Assembly (NCBI GenBank): GCA_973895155.1
Contig: OZ316893.1
Span: 14,166,645 to 14,230,644 of the forward strand
DNA length: 64,000 nt
Source: Marsupella aquatica
Lineage: Eukaryota > Plantae > Marchantiophyta
Direction of reading: 5' to 3'
Shown here: positions 13,386-26,383 of the stretch, in pieces
Position numbering within the stretch: the first letter of the stretch is position 1
Layout: each line of letters begins with the position of its first letter
Notes under the pieces: generated by a model
The model's input: the letters and a program-made list of their open reading frames with translations, nothing else
Told to the model about the DNA's origin: nothing
The model's database searches: none
Made by a program: the position numbers and the translations under genes

Positions 13386-14722
13386 GGGACCAAACAAGCC
13401 AGAGAGAACCTGAGCAGTCGCATCTCGCACAGCGTCGTGAACAATAATGGTTTCACCTCCCAAACTGCACCGAAAAAGATGGACACCTGTGGCATCACAA
13501 GGCTTCCCACAAGTGCAAGAAGGAGGTAAACCTACAAGAAGTGGGTGGGGCAGCCCCAGACGAAGATGCATGGCTGTGGAGAACTCCGTTGAAGACATCC
13601 GCAAATGAGGAATGATTGGATTGGCCTGAAGCCATCTACCTGCGCCCTTCCCTCCGGAAGAAAGAATCCGAGCTCGGTCCGTGTCAAGTGCCTCGGAGAG
13701 GATGCTGGAAAGGGTGAAAGTGTGCATACGCCCAGCGAGGTCTGCCTGAAGACGAACAGGATCCAAGGATAAAAACTCCTGGAAAGAAGGTAACGCGGCG
13801 CGAACGGCATCTGGTAATGAGGACCGCGCTGCGCGCAAATGAACCTGAAATGGGAGGGAACCCTCCTCTACCTCCATGAGAGATGAAAGTAAAAAAGGGC
13901 GATCCTCAATAAGAAAACGATCGGCCATCAACGAGAAGACGGCCGCCCATGCACCCAAAAAGGCCAAAGGTGCAAGGCTCTCAATGGAAGTAAGCCCAAA
14001 ACCACCCTGCGAAATAGGAAGACTGAGTTGGCGATGAAGCCACGGAGATGAGAGCAACGTACCCGGACCTAAAAGAGAGGCCAGGGTCTGACGAATGGAG
14101 ACATCAAATGCTCGAAGGTGGAGACAAAGATCCTCAGTAGGGGGATGCGTCCTAGCCAGATAAGACGCGCGAGGGTGGATGCATCTCAACAACATCCCAA
14201 ATGCTGCCTGAGAATCTGCTAACTTAGGGAGCATAGGAGTATGGGCTAAGGCAGCCTGTATAGAGTCAGCGATGAAAGATGAGCAAAAGGAGGCGGTACC
14301 GACTGGGGAGCCAAGGACCCGAAGACCATCGGTTGGACGTAAGAACCCTGGGGGAAGCACAAGATCAGAGGGTAACCCAGCTGGACTCCATGCACGACTC
14401 TTCACAGGCTGAACTCGTAAACCGAGGCCCATCAAATGGGTGGAAAGAGTGGCGAGGGCAGAAGTAACCGCGGCAGGAGGACCAATGATGTGGGTGTCAT
14501 CTGAAAGGGAGGGGAAGATACACTGGGGGTGGGCCATGGCAGCTTCCCGTAAAGCTGTAAAATGGGCAATGGCAAAAAGAGGCCCACCCAAAGGGTCACC
14601 TTGACGTGTACCTTCTGCAGAGGAAAGAGTGGTATACACACCAGTAGAGGAGTGATGACTATAGAAGAGTGGGCCTCGAGTCCATAAAAACAATGGACAA
14701 AGGGGATCAGGGACTGGACCCT
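13386..14722 (-). mobile_element. CRE/R2-group (RLE-type) non-LTR retrotransposon fragment, RT plus C-terminal zinc finger, truncated at both ends
   Basis: The ORF at 13350-14693 has RT motifs GTRQGDPLGGPLF and FPSLSDDTHIIG, LRVLGSPVG, LSLPISQGGFGL and LRLGLP, and the CxC...HxxxC...HDAVRD finger that precedes the REL nuclease. There is a frameshift near 14680 (LIPFVHCFYG is in another frame). A 47-bp direct repeat flanks it. Confidence 0.8.
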
Positions 14723-14877
14723 CTTTTGTTTGTTCATTTGTACTCTGTTTGGTCCCTTTGTATATAAAAAGTGTATATATTTACTTTTCCTCCAAAAATA
14801 GTCTTTGTTTGAACAAAAGAATTGTCTGCAAGTGCTTCTAAATTAAATTTTTAGAAGGTACAAGGTACAGTTAAAGA

Positions 14878-14901
14878 GAAGAAGAAGAAGAAGAAGAAGA
14901 A
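14878..14901 (+). repeat. (GAA)8 microsatellite
   Basis: A GAA run is seen directly. Confidence 0.9.
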
Positions 14902-16189
14902 GGCGCTACATATACCAAATTCGAGTGTGCTTCATTTCATTTATTAAATTCCAATTTGGAAAGAACCCCATTTTTTTGTGGCAAGGATCTGTTAGATTCT
15001 ACCTCACTTAGAGTGTTTGTCCCTTTTAGCAAAACTTTGCTTGGTTTTTGGTCATCCATTAGCCTGTTTCCCACTTAGCCACCACAGATCCCATTAACCA
15101 GCATGGTTATCTTTAAATCTAGAGAGAACTAATTGTCAGGAATCAATCTAAGAAAATCAAATGTGGAGTAACCTTAGCATTTTCCACTTCTCACAAGGCC
15201 AAAGACGTAAAACCTTGAAAATAACTTGTCTGGAACACCACCAAAGGATATACTGAGGTATGGTGTGTAAACCTCTGGAACACACATAATTATAGAACAC
15301 AGATTGAAATCACAGACACATGGTCGGCATCATCATAAGGCACACCCAATCCAACGTTACTTGGTGTAAAACTGGCTGATAACTCACGGAGTCCAGAGAG
15401 GTGGGCAGGGACAACCCCTCTGTCCATCTGAACTTACTTTTCCATAACCCCCTTTGATTTATTTTTCCCACCAAGAATCACATCCCTGGCTTTTTATTTC
15501 ATTTGTTCGTCTCTCAAAGAGTCTCCAAGCGGGCTGGCAAAAAACCAAAAAAATGTCAAACAAAGAGATAGGATTCCAAAGGCAGGAAACCTAAAAGACA
15601 GGAGAAAATCTAGGAAGGCCAACGAGTCTGAAGCCCCAAAACATGCACAAGAACTAAAGTCATATTGAATAACAAACTCGAAAATCCAGAGAAACTCCAA
15701 AGTAAGACTTATATGAGGATCACCAGGAGAAATCTGTGTGGAGGCACCCAAACCAAGACCGATGCCCTGCCAGATGTCGCCCATCATTGTCGCTTCCTCA
15801 TTGGTAGCCTACAATTATGTCCACCGTAACTAGGGTCCTTTTAAGACAATTTTTCTTGTAATATATCTAATTAAAATATGGTCATAAAAAAAATGATTGC
15901 TCCAAAACAAAAACCAACGTATTTTCAAGGATAGCAAGTTATGCATGACTTCTTCTCGTCTAGACCTTTGCAGGCAGCATGCAATGTACCCGTCCCTTTG
16001 ACGTCGGGCCTTCACAAGGCATCGTGGGCAAGCTACTAATGGCATCATACCCAGTCCTGCACTCCTGCCGCCACTCCTTCAATATTATTCTTGCAAAAAT
16101 GCAAAATCTTTGAATAATAATGAGTGGGTTTTGGATTCTAAATTTATTTCTCATTCTAGACAAGTGGGCTAGCCACTAGAATTAACATT

Positions 16190-18170
16190 GGTGCGAACCC
16201 ACTTGTAATCCCACTTGGCTCTCATTGTAACACTGTTTGAAGATTTTGTCGCACCCACTTGTAATCCCACTTGCCTTGCAATCCTGCCGCCACTTCTTCA
16301 GTATACACCGTCAATATTTCGGGAAAATCTTAGGATAATGAATAATGAATGGGTTTGGGGATTCTCAATTTCCCAAGTGGGCTCTCCGGCTCTCTCACTT
16401 GCCTTGCCCTATAACTGTTTGAGTGCACCCACTTGTAATTCAACTAGCTTGCACTGTACTTAAAACTGTTTCAAGATTTGTTCGAAGATTTGGAAGCCCT
16501 TCCCTTTATTGAGTCTCTGTGGGAATCGTGCCCGTAGCACCTTTTGTTTTTTGTTATTGTGATATTGATTCCTCCGCCCTGGTTTGGAAAAGGTCATTCT
16601 TAATATTATAAGCTTCCACCTATAGTGTACATGCCCACCTTTTTCGTGGACCCTTTGAGCTTTGTAGAGTTTAATGCTTATAAGAAGTTGACACATGTTC
16701 TCTTTTTGTTATTTGTTAATTTTGAAAACTAACGTACACATTGCAAAGTCATAGTTTATATAAATTTGTTCAGAACATTCTCAAATTTGCATCACAAAAT
16801 TATTTTTTAAGGTTTCCTAAAAATTCTGTAATATTTTGTTAACAGTATTATGGTAATTAAGTATATTTTGCACAAGCCACGATGGCACTAGAATAGGAAG
16901 TGTTAAATATGCATCACAAATTTTCTTTCTGAGGTTTCATAAGCACGCTAGAGTATTTTGTTAAGCAAGTAAAACAAACTAATAATTGACTAATTTTTTG
17001 CACAACCTACAATGGAACTAGGATAGTAAGTGTTGTTGAAAGCGATTCTCAGTTTGCTAGATACTACCAAAATCTTCGCTTCTACATCTTTTAGCAAACT
17101 GATACAAAGAAAAATAAAGGAAACAAATTTTAAGCAATTTCTGATAGAATCTGCCTTTTGTTGCAGTTGGATCTAAAATTTCCTAATTTTAAATTATTAT
17201 AAATATTGGATATTTTTCACATATTTATGGACCCCCATGAGAGGTCCCTTGCAGATTCCCTGCCACCAAGTTGCACCACATCCACATCAGCACAACCAGC
17301 CACAAACAGGAAAGGTCATAATTATGACAATAACAAAAACAATATTGGATGTTTTTCACATATTTACGGACCCCCATGAGAGGTCCCTTGTAGATTCCCT
17401 GCCACAAGGTTGCACCACATCAGCACAACCAGTCACAAACACGAATGATCATAATTATGACAGTAACCAAAGCAAACATTGATGTTTGTGGCAAAAGCAA
17501 CGTAATTTTTGGGGCTCCATGCCATAAGTATTGAACGTAAAAAAACCAGAATAGAAAGGAAGAGATGTCATTTAGTAAAATAAAGTTACCTTTCTAATGT
17601 TTGTCCGTGATATATCAATGTTTTACATCAAAATGTTTGTATTTTATAATTCTTTGTTCCACATTGTAAAACTAAATAATCAATCTCCTTACTACTTGAT
17701 AAAATCTGTCAATGTTAGATTCATTAGAAAACTCAAGATCAAAATTTAAAGAAACTCATGACCTCATTAGTACTGTCTTGATAAAATCTCTCAATGTCAC
17801 ACTCATTGGAAAGCTAGAGCAAAATTAGAAACTCATCATCTCTTTAGTACTTGACAAATTCTATCAATGTTACGTTCATTGGAAAGCTAGAGAAATTTGG
17901 ATACTCATGATCTCTCTAATTCTTGACGAATACCCCAAATGTCACACATTAGAAAGCTAGAGAGATTGAAAACCTCATGAACTCTTTAGTAGCATGACAA
18001 AATCTGACATGAAATTTGTCAATGTCGGACTCAATCTTGGAAAGCTAAAAGAATTCATGAACTCATGATCAAAATTTCTTATTGTCACACTTATTAGAAA
18101 GCCAAAGAAATTCAAGAAATCATTTGGAAGTTGACAAAATCTTCAATTTGAGGCTCATTGGAAACCCTTT
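16190..18170. repeat. Cluster of tandem and near-tandem repeats, probably the interior of a decayed DNA transposon
   Basis: Repeats seen: CCCACTTGTAAT x3 (16190-16445); ~125-bp unit x2 (16780-17040); ~139-bp unit x2 (17203-17480); degenerate ~60-bp unit x7-8 containing TCAATGT...CATTGGAAAGCTAGAG (17690-18170). Confidence 0.7.
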
Positions 18171-19051
18171 CTCTATTAAGAGATGTCACAATCCCATCAC
18201 CGTCACAAACTTAGCCGCTGCAAATTAATATCTTTGATTACGTCGTCATCGCTTGTCTGCAACGCTTGCTTCCCAGCTTGAATTGTTTGCATCCCTCCAG
18301 GCTTCAACAAGCTCCTTTTGAACACAAGTTGACGCCAAATGCAACCTCTAAGTCAAAGAAACAATCGCTGGTCTCTCCCTCACACCATAGCTTTTTTAAA
18401 TAAAAAAACTGGAAAACCTTCATGTGAAGTGATAGCTCATCCATTTTGTGTGTTCTTCCCACCAAAACGATAAGCGCCCCTTCACCAACAACTGAGTGTT
18501 GTCCTCCAGTCTGTCTTGTGGCAGTAATGCTCAATGTAACTCACAAACAATCAATCAGGAATGGTAGAAACATTATTGCTTCAATGTGTAAACAAAAACC
18601 GTCAAAAAACTCAATTCCCTCACATTCAACCTTCTGTTTGATGAACAAAAGAGATCATCTCAACCAGATCGATCTCCTCTGTCTTTTGAGCGTTGTCTTT
18701 TATATGGGCACACACTAAGATCACCCGGACACTCAAAACCATTGGTTATCGCCTTGCTGAAAATTGATTTAACTTCATCACACACGTACACATTCCTTGG
18801 ATGATCATGGGGGTCCACGGATTAATTTCCCTCCTAGACCCTTGAGGCAACTTATAAGACAATATGCACATATTAACCAACATCCACCATATACACAAGT
18901 AGTCTACGTAGTAGTCAGCACCAAAGATACATGATTCACCTCACTAGAAGTTATGTTAGATATGGGAACACAAAAACCATTTTTATTGAACTCTAGACTC
19001 ATCGGTCATATCAAGACTCCATAGACTAAGTTCTTCCTAGCTCCCAACTGG

Positions 19052-20004
19052 GAGGTGTATGCTTGATGGGACCCTTGCCAAAACAAATTTTAAGTCAGGG
19101 GCCCCTACAAAAACATTCTTATAAACTAAGCACGCAACAAAAATGTTGTTACAAACTAGATCCCCTACATAGGTTTCGTACACGTTGTTCTTATGTGGTG
19201 CCTAATTGCATGGTCAACCAAACATTTCCCGTTGCACTCCAACGCATGCGGTGTCATAGTCCATTGGGCATACGTCTATGCTTGAAGACACAATGGATTA
19301 TGTCTTGACATGATTATAGAGTTTTAAGGGATCTGCCACTACATAAGAGTGGGTTTGTACAACATTTAGTCTAGTTCTTGTAGGCTAGCAAATTTGTGTG
19401 TTACAATTGACTCCATGTTATCGTTATTTCACACTTACACAATTTTTGAAGGTTGGAACCACGGCCAACAGCCAAAACTAAAATATCCTTGGTTCCTTCC
19501 ATACTTAGACAAATTTGGGGTCTAGATGTAAGAACACAACATTCCATGTTATCTTCATTCCACACTGGGACAATTTTGAGCATTGCAATACGGGCCAATG
19601 GCCAAAAGTAGAGGATTCATTCCATACTTAGATAAAAGAACAAAGAGGAACATCAAAACGTCATGTAAACCCTTTGCAAGGTTGCGTGAATCAACCTAAC
19701 GACAGACGGTATGGTAAAAATTGAGACCTGAAGACATGAACCATATTGTCTTCACTTAGGAACTATAGTCTGCAACAGCCGCTACTACCTTGCAGTTCCC
19801 CCATGGTGTAGTGTCATTCCACATGGTTTGACTCTAAACTTTATGGTAGCTCTTATTGGTGATAATATCAAGCTAAAACTCCTTATAGGAACTATGACAA
19901 GAATGACACAAAAAGCATCAGAGGGGGCCGAGTTTGTAGCAAAATTTTGGTAATGCCTATCACGTAAATGTTTTTTGGCAGGGGTCCCATCAAACATATA
20001 ACAA
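19052..20004. mobile_element. Non-autonomous Mutator-like element, older copy
   Basis: The left end is GAGGTGTATGCTTGATGGGACCCTTGCCAAAA and the right end is TTTTGGCAGGGGTCCCATCAAACATATA. It shares the TIR and about 110 bp of subterminal sequence with the element at 59747-60360. Confidence 0.65.
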
Positions 20005-20090
20005 TGAGTCTTTGTAACAATGAGTGTAAGTTCCACCCACTAATTAGTCATCGTAGTAGTTGTACATCTAATTGTAACCAAGTACTTCAC

Positions 20091-21575
20091 AGTGGTGAAC
20101 TTTGCCACCCAACGCCCTCACCAATCCCAGCACTCACGTCTAAGTTCCCCTGGTGCCCAAATGCCTCCACGGAATACCTCGAGCAAGCAACCTAGTGCCC
20201 CTTGCACCGCCAACGGCCCCTCCCATATGAAGCCGTACTTACTCTCCAACACGACCGCTACTCAACGGTCCTCACTGTCTGCACAAGCAACCAAGCACCT
20301 CGGTAAGTAACCCTTCAGGATCTAGAACTCGCCAAGTCTAGCATCCTAACTCAAACTCAACAGACATTGGTAAATAGGTCAGCAATAGGTCCTCCCGATG
20401 CCATAAGCCGAAACCAAAACCCACGTCAACTGTTCGTCCAGAACAACTCCTTCCTTGGGCACGGCCTGGATTCCCCCTCGTACTTATCCATCACCAACTG
20501 ACCGCCCTGACCCCAGGACATGCTCATGGCCCAATTAGCATAGCTTATCCTAAAGCTTGTTCCAAGCTTGTCCCAACACGCCAGGACCAGAATGACCCCG
20601 ACTCTAGCCACTAACTCCTGGTTCTCGCCCCACTGATGGTCTAGGGGCCGAGCACCCTTGGAACTCAACGTCCACGCCTACTTGGCCTTGCCTCCCCAAT
20701 GCAAGTTCCCTTGGAAGACTGAACGCGGCTTGGCTGCTGTTTGGCAAGATTTGGCAAACGGACAAGCTAACACCCGCAAACCTCGACACCCCATGGCGCC
20801 CCCAGACCTAGCTGAGCTCAAGAGGACATAGCTCTCCTTGAGAGCTTTCCAATGCACCCAAGAAGTCCGTTGGGAAGATATCATCATTTCTGTTTGGCGC
20901 TTTCCCTTAGTGTCGCGACCGTCGCGGCTCACGACTTCGGCTCATCCTTGGCCCCCAGGGGGAGATATCACTCCCCTCATACATGCTTCGGAAGACGTGC
21001 CACCCCCGGACCAACTTTGGTCCCTAAATATTTGGCCTCCAACCCGGATCCTATCAAGCAAAGTGGGCGCGCCACCAACTGGCAACGCCCATAACTTTCT
21101 CGTTAGGCATCCGCAAGCGGAGTGCCTTAGCCCATTGTGATTGGGCTGACCCAGTGCTCGTGCCTAGGCCCTCAGGTATCATCGCCGCTCGGGGTCTTTG
21201 ATCGGCCAAACCCGGATCGGGCCATAACTCACACCCCAAGCGTCCATTGCCCATGGCGTCAACTCCATTGGCCTTGGGCCCAAGAGGAGCTCACACTCAA
21301 GCCCTCAAAACTCAAAGTCCATCCGAGGGCCCGTATGGTCGACCTTGAGTTCGGCCCCTTTCCCCTTGACCCGACCAGCTCTCAGCTCGTCTAAGTCCTT
21401 AGTGTGTGTCACCAGCTTGGCTCCTTGCCTTCGCTAGTGCCACGTCTCATTGCCCACAAGTCTCCCCATGCTAAGTCCTCCCCGGATAGCCTATCCGGGC
21501 CTGGACCATAAGGGAGCTCGGTGTCGGAGTCAGCGAAGCCGGAGCTAAATGTTAAGGTAGTCGAGTTCCATGACA
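20091..21575 (-). mobile_element. Solo LTR of the 1.46-1.49 kb family
   Basis: It is the full-length reverse complement of 61679-63137. The flanks TTCAC (20086-90) and TACAC (21576-80) form a 5-bp TSD with one mismatch. The strand call is inferred. Confidence 0.75.
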
Positions 21576-21650
21576 TACACTATGGCTTGACTTATTGCAA
21601 TTACATAGTAACTCTAGACCTAAGAATAAATGCCTACACAACCTCCAATC

Positions 21651-21733
21651 TGTTAGGATATAAGTAACAAGGTTAGATTAATACCCCTGGATTAGTACCA
21701 TGTACATTACCCACATTATATATAGAAGAGCGG
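21651..21733 (+). mobile_element. Partial left LTR of a Bianca-type copia element, interrupted at 21733
   Basis: TGTTAGGATATAAGTA...CCCCTGGATTAGTACCATGTACATTACCCAC...AGAAGAGCGG matches the first ~95 bp of the LTR at 35443-35580, apart from a 14-bp indel. Confidence 0.85.
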
Positions 21734-22512
21734 TGTGAGATAAGGATGTTTATGAAGGAAGGGTTAACTAGCCATAAATTTTTGAATTTTTAAGTTTAAG
21801 ATCTCAAATGAGGCTAAAGAGGGACCTGAAGACTACTATGAAGTGTTATGAGACTTTCAAGCCCATCTGAGGTCAACCCGGATTGATATTAGAGAAGGAG
21901 GATCGACCCAGAACTTTTTGTTATAAACCTGGAATGAGATATAAAGCTTATACCGAGACTCTACTCAACATCAGCTGTCCATTGCCAAAGTTTTTAAAAC
22001 CATAAGTCAAACACAGGCACGACCACAGCAGAATCCGGATATAAGGAAGGAGAGTCGATCCGGCCTCTCACACCTCTCAAAGCCGAACTTAGTAGGTTTT
22101 GAGTTCCCGAGCGCATTAGACTGTTAAAGTAGTAGAGTGAGGAGGCTCTACCCTTTTGGTAGAGGATCTTGGGTCCGGATTATAGGACCAATCTTGAATT
22201 TCTTGATGAGAGCCTGGATATGAGGGTACTGACTGATTCGTTGTGAGGGGAATGCCTACTCCGCCGCTGGGAGTGAAGGCAGGAAGTTTGAGATTCTGAT
22301 CGTGCATACATCGGTGATGAGAACGAAGGCCAGGTCGATCCGGACATCCACATTGCAGGCCCGTTTGAGTCTATCTTTGCCCCACGTTCGATGCACCTGA
22401 ATTTTGATTGACGGGATCTTGATCAACGTTTCCGGAAGCTCTTGTCAGTTGATCAGAAACGCCGTAGCCAAGTCAACCCAGACATTTCTACCATTGGTCG
22501 ACACCGAAGAGA

Positions 22513-24333
22513 TTGACCATTCTGAAGTCACAGCATTGTAGAGCTTGCCGACGAGGAGGCAGACCATTTATTGGGAATCCATTTTCTGCTTCGATAAGTC
22601 CTATGGAGCAAGGGACGGATCCAGCCGAAATGTCCACTTCTTGCGTCTCTAAGGGGCATTCAACCTCAACATCACCTGCACCTACTCCGGTTAAAGCCCC
22701 TGTGAGACGATCAAAGAGAAAGGAGGTCCCTATTGCCATGAAAATTCTGAGGCCAGCTATTCCGGACAGTGAAGCTGAGAAGGTCAAACTGAGGGAGTCT
22801 TTGCTCAGGATGGGCTGTGAGTCTCTGATGGAGCTACCTTGGAGTTATCAGAGCAAAGATATGATCAGAGAGATCCGATCTAAGGAGTATCCGGCTGAGT
22901 TTAAGGATACCTCCAGAGGCTGACCTGAGCGATGGACTCAGATGATGATTGCAGGAGCTTTTGTATTGGAAGATGAAGGAGAAGGTCCAGTGGGGAGAGC
23001 TGTCAACCTAATCCTTCCTTACTTCAAAGGAGCCATCAACAGTAAGGACGGGTTCAATGTTTCTAAATGTTTGGATCCTGATCTGAGACGAGTCTTCAGC
23101 TTTCTGCTACCCCTGATGTACCCTGAGAAGCCAAGAAGAGTTATTGTTGGAGTTGGCTCTACCATTGTTGCTGCTTACAAGGGAGAAAGAAAAGTCAACT
23201 AGGCTAAGCTTATCTTTGATTTGATAAGGAAGTTGGTACATAACCTATCCAACAAGAGTCCTACTCCCCTCTCCTGCTACCTGGTACATCTATATAGCTT
23301 TGAAGGAGTTTTGTTCAGAGAGGAGAAAAAATTATTATTGGCCAAGTACAACTTCATCAAGTATGGAGAGACAGATCCAGATATCACCCAGGCCACCTCT
23401 GATGACAGTGAGGATGAGGAACCAGCAGAGACAAATCCTCGAAAGACCCGGTCTGCTGCCCGGAACCTCGACCCAGACTTTTCCGACCCGGCCTTCGTCG
23501 ACCCGGCTGAATGTCCGGATGCACCCGGCCATGCCTCCCAAGACACCCTAGCTGATTTCCAGATAATCTCAGACACGTTCCAGAAGGTGAAGAGGAAGAC
23601 CACTGTGATGGAGAAGGTCATCACCGACATTTCGCAGAAGCTAGGAGTGAAACCAGGGCAGATTCTTGAGAAGATCTCCACCATGAGTGATGCCACAGAT
23701 AAGAAGAAGTTGGAGAAGGAGAATGAGTTCCTCAAGAAGAAGGTATCTGAACTCAAACAGCAGTTGGAAAGGAGTAAGAAGAAGAATGAGCTTGAGCATA
23801 CTCTCCAACTCAGTATCACTCAATCTTTGGATCTGATTGAGCCTTTGACTAAGATAGCTTCTCTGGATCTTCTTAAGGCCCAAATTTATGATGAGTATTT
23901 GGCCAAGAACACCACACCCATCCTTTTCTCCAAGATTAACCATTTAGTGGTAGATGTGAGTACCAAGGTGGATGATGCACTTACAGGCCTCTCAAAGACC
24001 TGTGAAGCCTTAAGGGAGATGAGTGACTTGACTACAGAGGAGCTATTAGCTGATACTGAGATTCCTCCCTTTACTACCAGATCTTTCTCTCCTAGTCCTC
24101 ATGAAGGAGTCTATTCCACTGGCCCCTCATCACCCCTCAACCCTCCTGGTTTCCCCACTCCCAGTACACACTTCCACTCCCATTCTTACACCTATTCTCA
24201 TGACCCAAGTACCCATCAGGAGAACATGGATATTGACCCGTCCATCCCTTTTACCACTGGCCAGCAGGGAGTTTACCTTCGGCAGAACCCCTTGCTATGG
24301 CTAACCCCGAGGAGGTTCCTTCCCAAAAGGTAG
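22513..24333 (+). pseudogene. Retroelement accessory ORF (~570-600 codons, acidic linker and coiled coil) broken by two stops
   Basis: ORFs 22513-22923, 22942-23202 and 23221-24333 share one frame. The stops are TGA at 22921 (RG*PERW, probably from CGA) and TAG at 23200 (KVN*AK, probably from TGG). The likely ATG is at ~22630. The coiled coil reads KKLEKENEFLKKKVSELKQQLE. Confidence 0.7.
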
Positions 24334-25346
24334 GACCAGAATCGAGTTATATTTAGAGAGTTAGAGCCACATTAGTTTAGACTTAGAAATAGCTATATAG
24401 ACTAGTATATGAGTAAGTAGACTCCAGTATTTTGTTGATGTATCCATTGTAGTCTTTACTCTATTTTTGACTAGGATAGTTTACTTTTATTTACATACTT
24501 CTTTAGACTTGGGTTTTGAAGAGGCATGTCTTTTCATAATCTCCACTTTTAGTACAAAAGGAGAAGAACCCAAAGTCAACAAGGAGAGAGAAAATATACA
24601 TTTGATTTCCTCATTGTCTTAGAAGGAATCTATGTCTTTCTTCCCTTCTTTTTACCATGGTTGAGTAAAAGGAAGAAGTTTAGCAACCCTTGAGTTGTTG
24701 TGAAATGTTCAATGAATGCTAGAGTGTGCCTATACTGATATTGGAAGATCAATGAGATTTATGACCAATACATTTGGAAGATTCACCAAAGAGGAAATTG
24801 ACATTTGCACAAAACTCAACCAAGCAATCTTAAGGATTGTAAGAGAAGTAAGCCAATTCGAGTATCCTAGTACCGTCCTCAACAGGACCAGAAAAGTGTC
24901 TCGGGTTGATTTACGTTCATATCTTCTAAATTCAAGAGATGGAGAAGAGTTGCTACGAGAAATCAAAAAGCATAGAAAATGTTGATTTCTGAATCTTAAA
25001 TTAGGCCATAATCCTTATTGAAGGAGTGGTGATGGTCAGAAATTCAATTCCCTTGCACTTTGAAAACTCCTATCTACTCTCTCTCTAGTTTCAATCTTTG
25101 TTAATTATAGTCTTTATTATTGCACTGTGAATCCCAAGGATTACCCACTTGAGTTTGTGGTTAAACACTTATGTTAAGAAGATCATTAGAAATCTCTCCA
25201 ACCTAAGAATGTTGGTGTAAACTTCTCAAATTGTGTTAATTAGGTATTTTCGATCTTATCCACTCCTAACCGGAACGAAATCGAGTTGTTAAAGAATAAA
25301 TAGTCATTTATCTCTTTATCACCTTGCTACATACTACACTCTTTTT

Positions 25347-25364
25347 TGGCGCCGCTGCCGGGGA
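25347..25364 (+). other. Primer binding site, tRNA-Asp type (Athila-like)
   Basis: TGGCGCCGCTGCCGGGGA differs by one base from the Athila PBS TGGCGCCGTTGCCGGGGA. Confidence 0.85.
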
Positions 25365-25486
25365 GTAACTGAGATCGCGAGACCTGCCGCGACAGTGGAT
25401 GTCAAAAGGAGATCAACAAAAACAAGTCAAGAAGTAACGGCAAAAAGGTACTTGATTAAGGAAAAGATGCTGGAATCTCCTAAGTT

Positions 25487-26374
25487 ATGGTGAGGAGAAG
25501 TCGACCTCAAAAGAGGGAGAGAGCCCAAATCAAGTCAAGAGAGAACCAAACCCAAAATATCAAAGATGCTACTACACATTCAAGAGCAACAATTGTGAGA
25601 AGAAGTGGAGGAAGTTACTTTTGGGGAGGAGAATTGATTAAAGTTGATTCATGGGACACGAATGTTTTTCTTGATTGTTTGTTGATTTTTAGAAGATTTG
25701 TAAATGGTAGATTCGAATTGGTGGAAGCCACTTATGATGAAAAATTTGACAAGGATTGCATTCCTGATTTATTGAGGGACCACCACATTGAAGAGGAAAT
25801 CCTAGACCTAGAAATTGAAGAGGAATTAAAGGAAGCATTGGCAACATTGAAAGGAGATCAATATTGGAGAAACAAGCTTGACAATGTACTAGTGAAGTTC
25901 TATGAGAATTCAAATGTACTTCTAAATGAAGAGAAGCCTGTTGTGACTTTGGAAAGGCAAGAGTTGATAGGAACATTGGACCATTATAATAGAAACGGTT
26001 GGATTCTACTCAAGTGGAAGGATTGGAGGGCAGGAAAACCCTGTTTTCAATGGAGTTCCGATTTGCCAGAAATGTTTGATTTGACCAATGTTTTAGTATT
26101 GAAGAGACTTTGGATTGATGATGGTGAGTATAAGTTATTACCCATCAAGGAGGAGAATGATTTTGAATTTCTGTTAAAGAAGCACAAGCACCATACTATT
26201 TGGGCGTCTGAAACAGAGGAAATCAAAATCAAGGAGACGTTAGCCGTATTACATGAGATTAGTGAACCTTGGGTAGATACACTTGATTGCCTAGAAAATC
26301 TATTGAATGGATATAGGACGTCAGTAGAGCAAGTGGTGTTGAATAATGGATTCTTCCAAGTAGATTTAAATTGA
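25487..26374 (+). CDS. Extra 5' ORF of the gypsy element (295 aa, unknown function, apparent internal duplication)
   Basis: Uninterrupted ATG-initiated ORF between the PBS and gag, with globular-looking composition. Confidence 0.6.
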   Translation: MVRRSRPQKRERAQIKSRENQTQNIKDATTHSRATIVRRSGGSYFWGGELIKVDSWDTNVFLDCLLIFRRFVNGRFELVEATYDEKFDKDCIPDLLRDHHIEEEILDLEIEEELKEALATLKGDQYWRNKLDNVLVKFYENSNVLLNEEKPVVTLERQELIGTLDHYNRNGWILLKWKDWRAGKPCFQWSSDLPEMFDLTNVLVLKRLWIDDGEYKLLPIKEENDFEFLLKKHKHHTIWASETEEIKIKETLAVLHEISEPWVDTLDCLENLLNGYRTSVEQVVLNNGFFQVDLN

Positions 26375-26383
26375 TACCCCAAA

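Noticed and set aside
18300-18850. Possible decayed transposase fragment on the minus strand
   Set aside because: Only a vague resemblance with many stops, and no diagnostic motif could be confirmed.
20426-21394. Short ORFs in the solo LTRs (also 61358-63739)
   Set aside because: Frames and stops are not conserved between the copies, so they look like non-coding GC-rich LTR sequence.
23277-23819. 180-aa minus-strand ORF (also 27542-29890 antisense ORFs)
   Set aside because: These are antisense shadows of Lys/Glu/Ser-rich sense ORFs.
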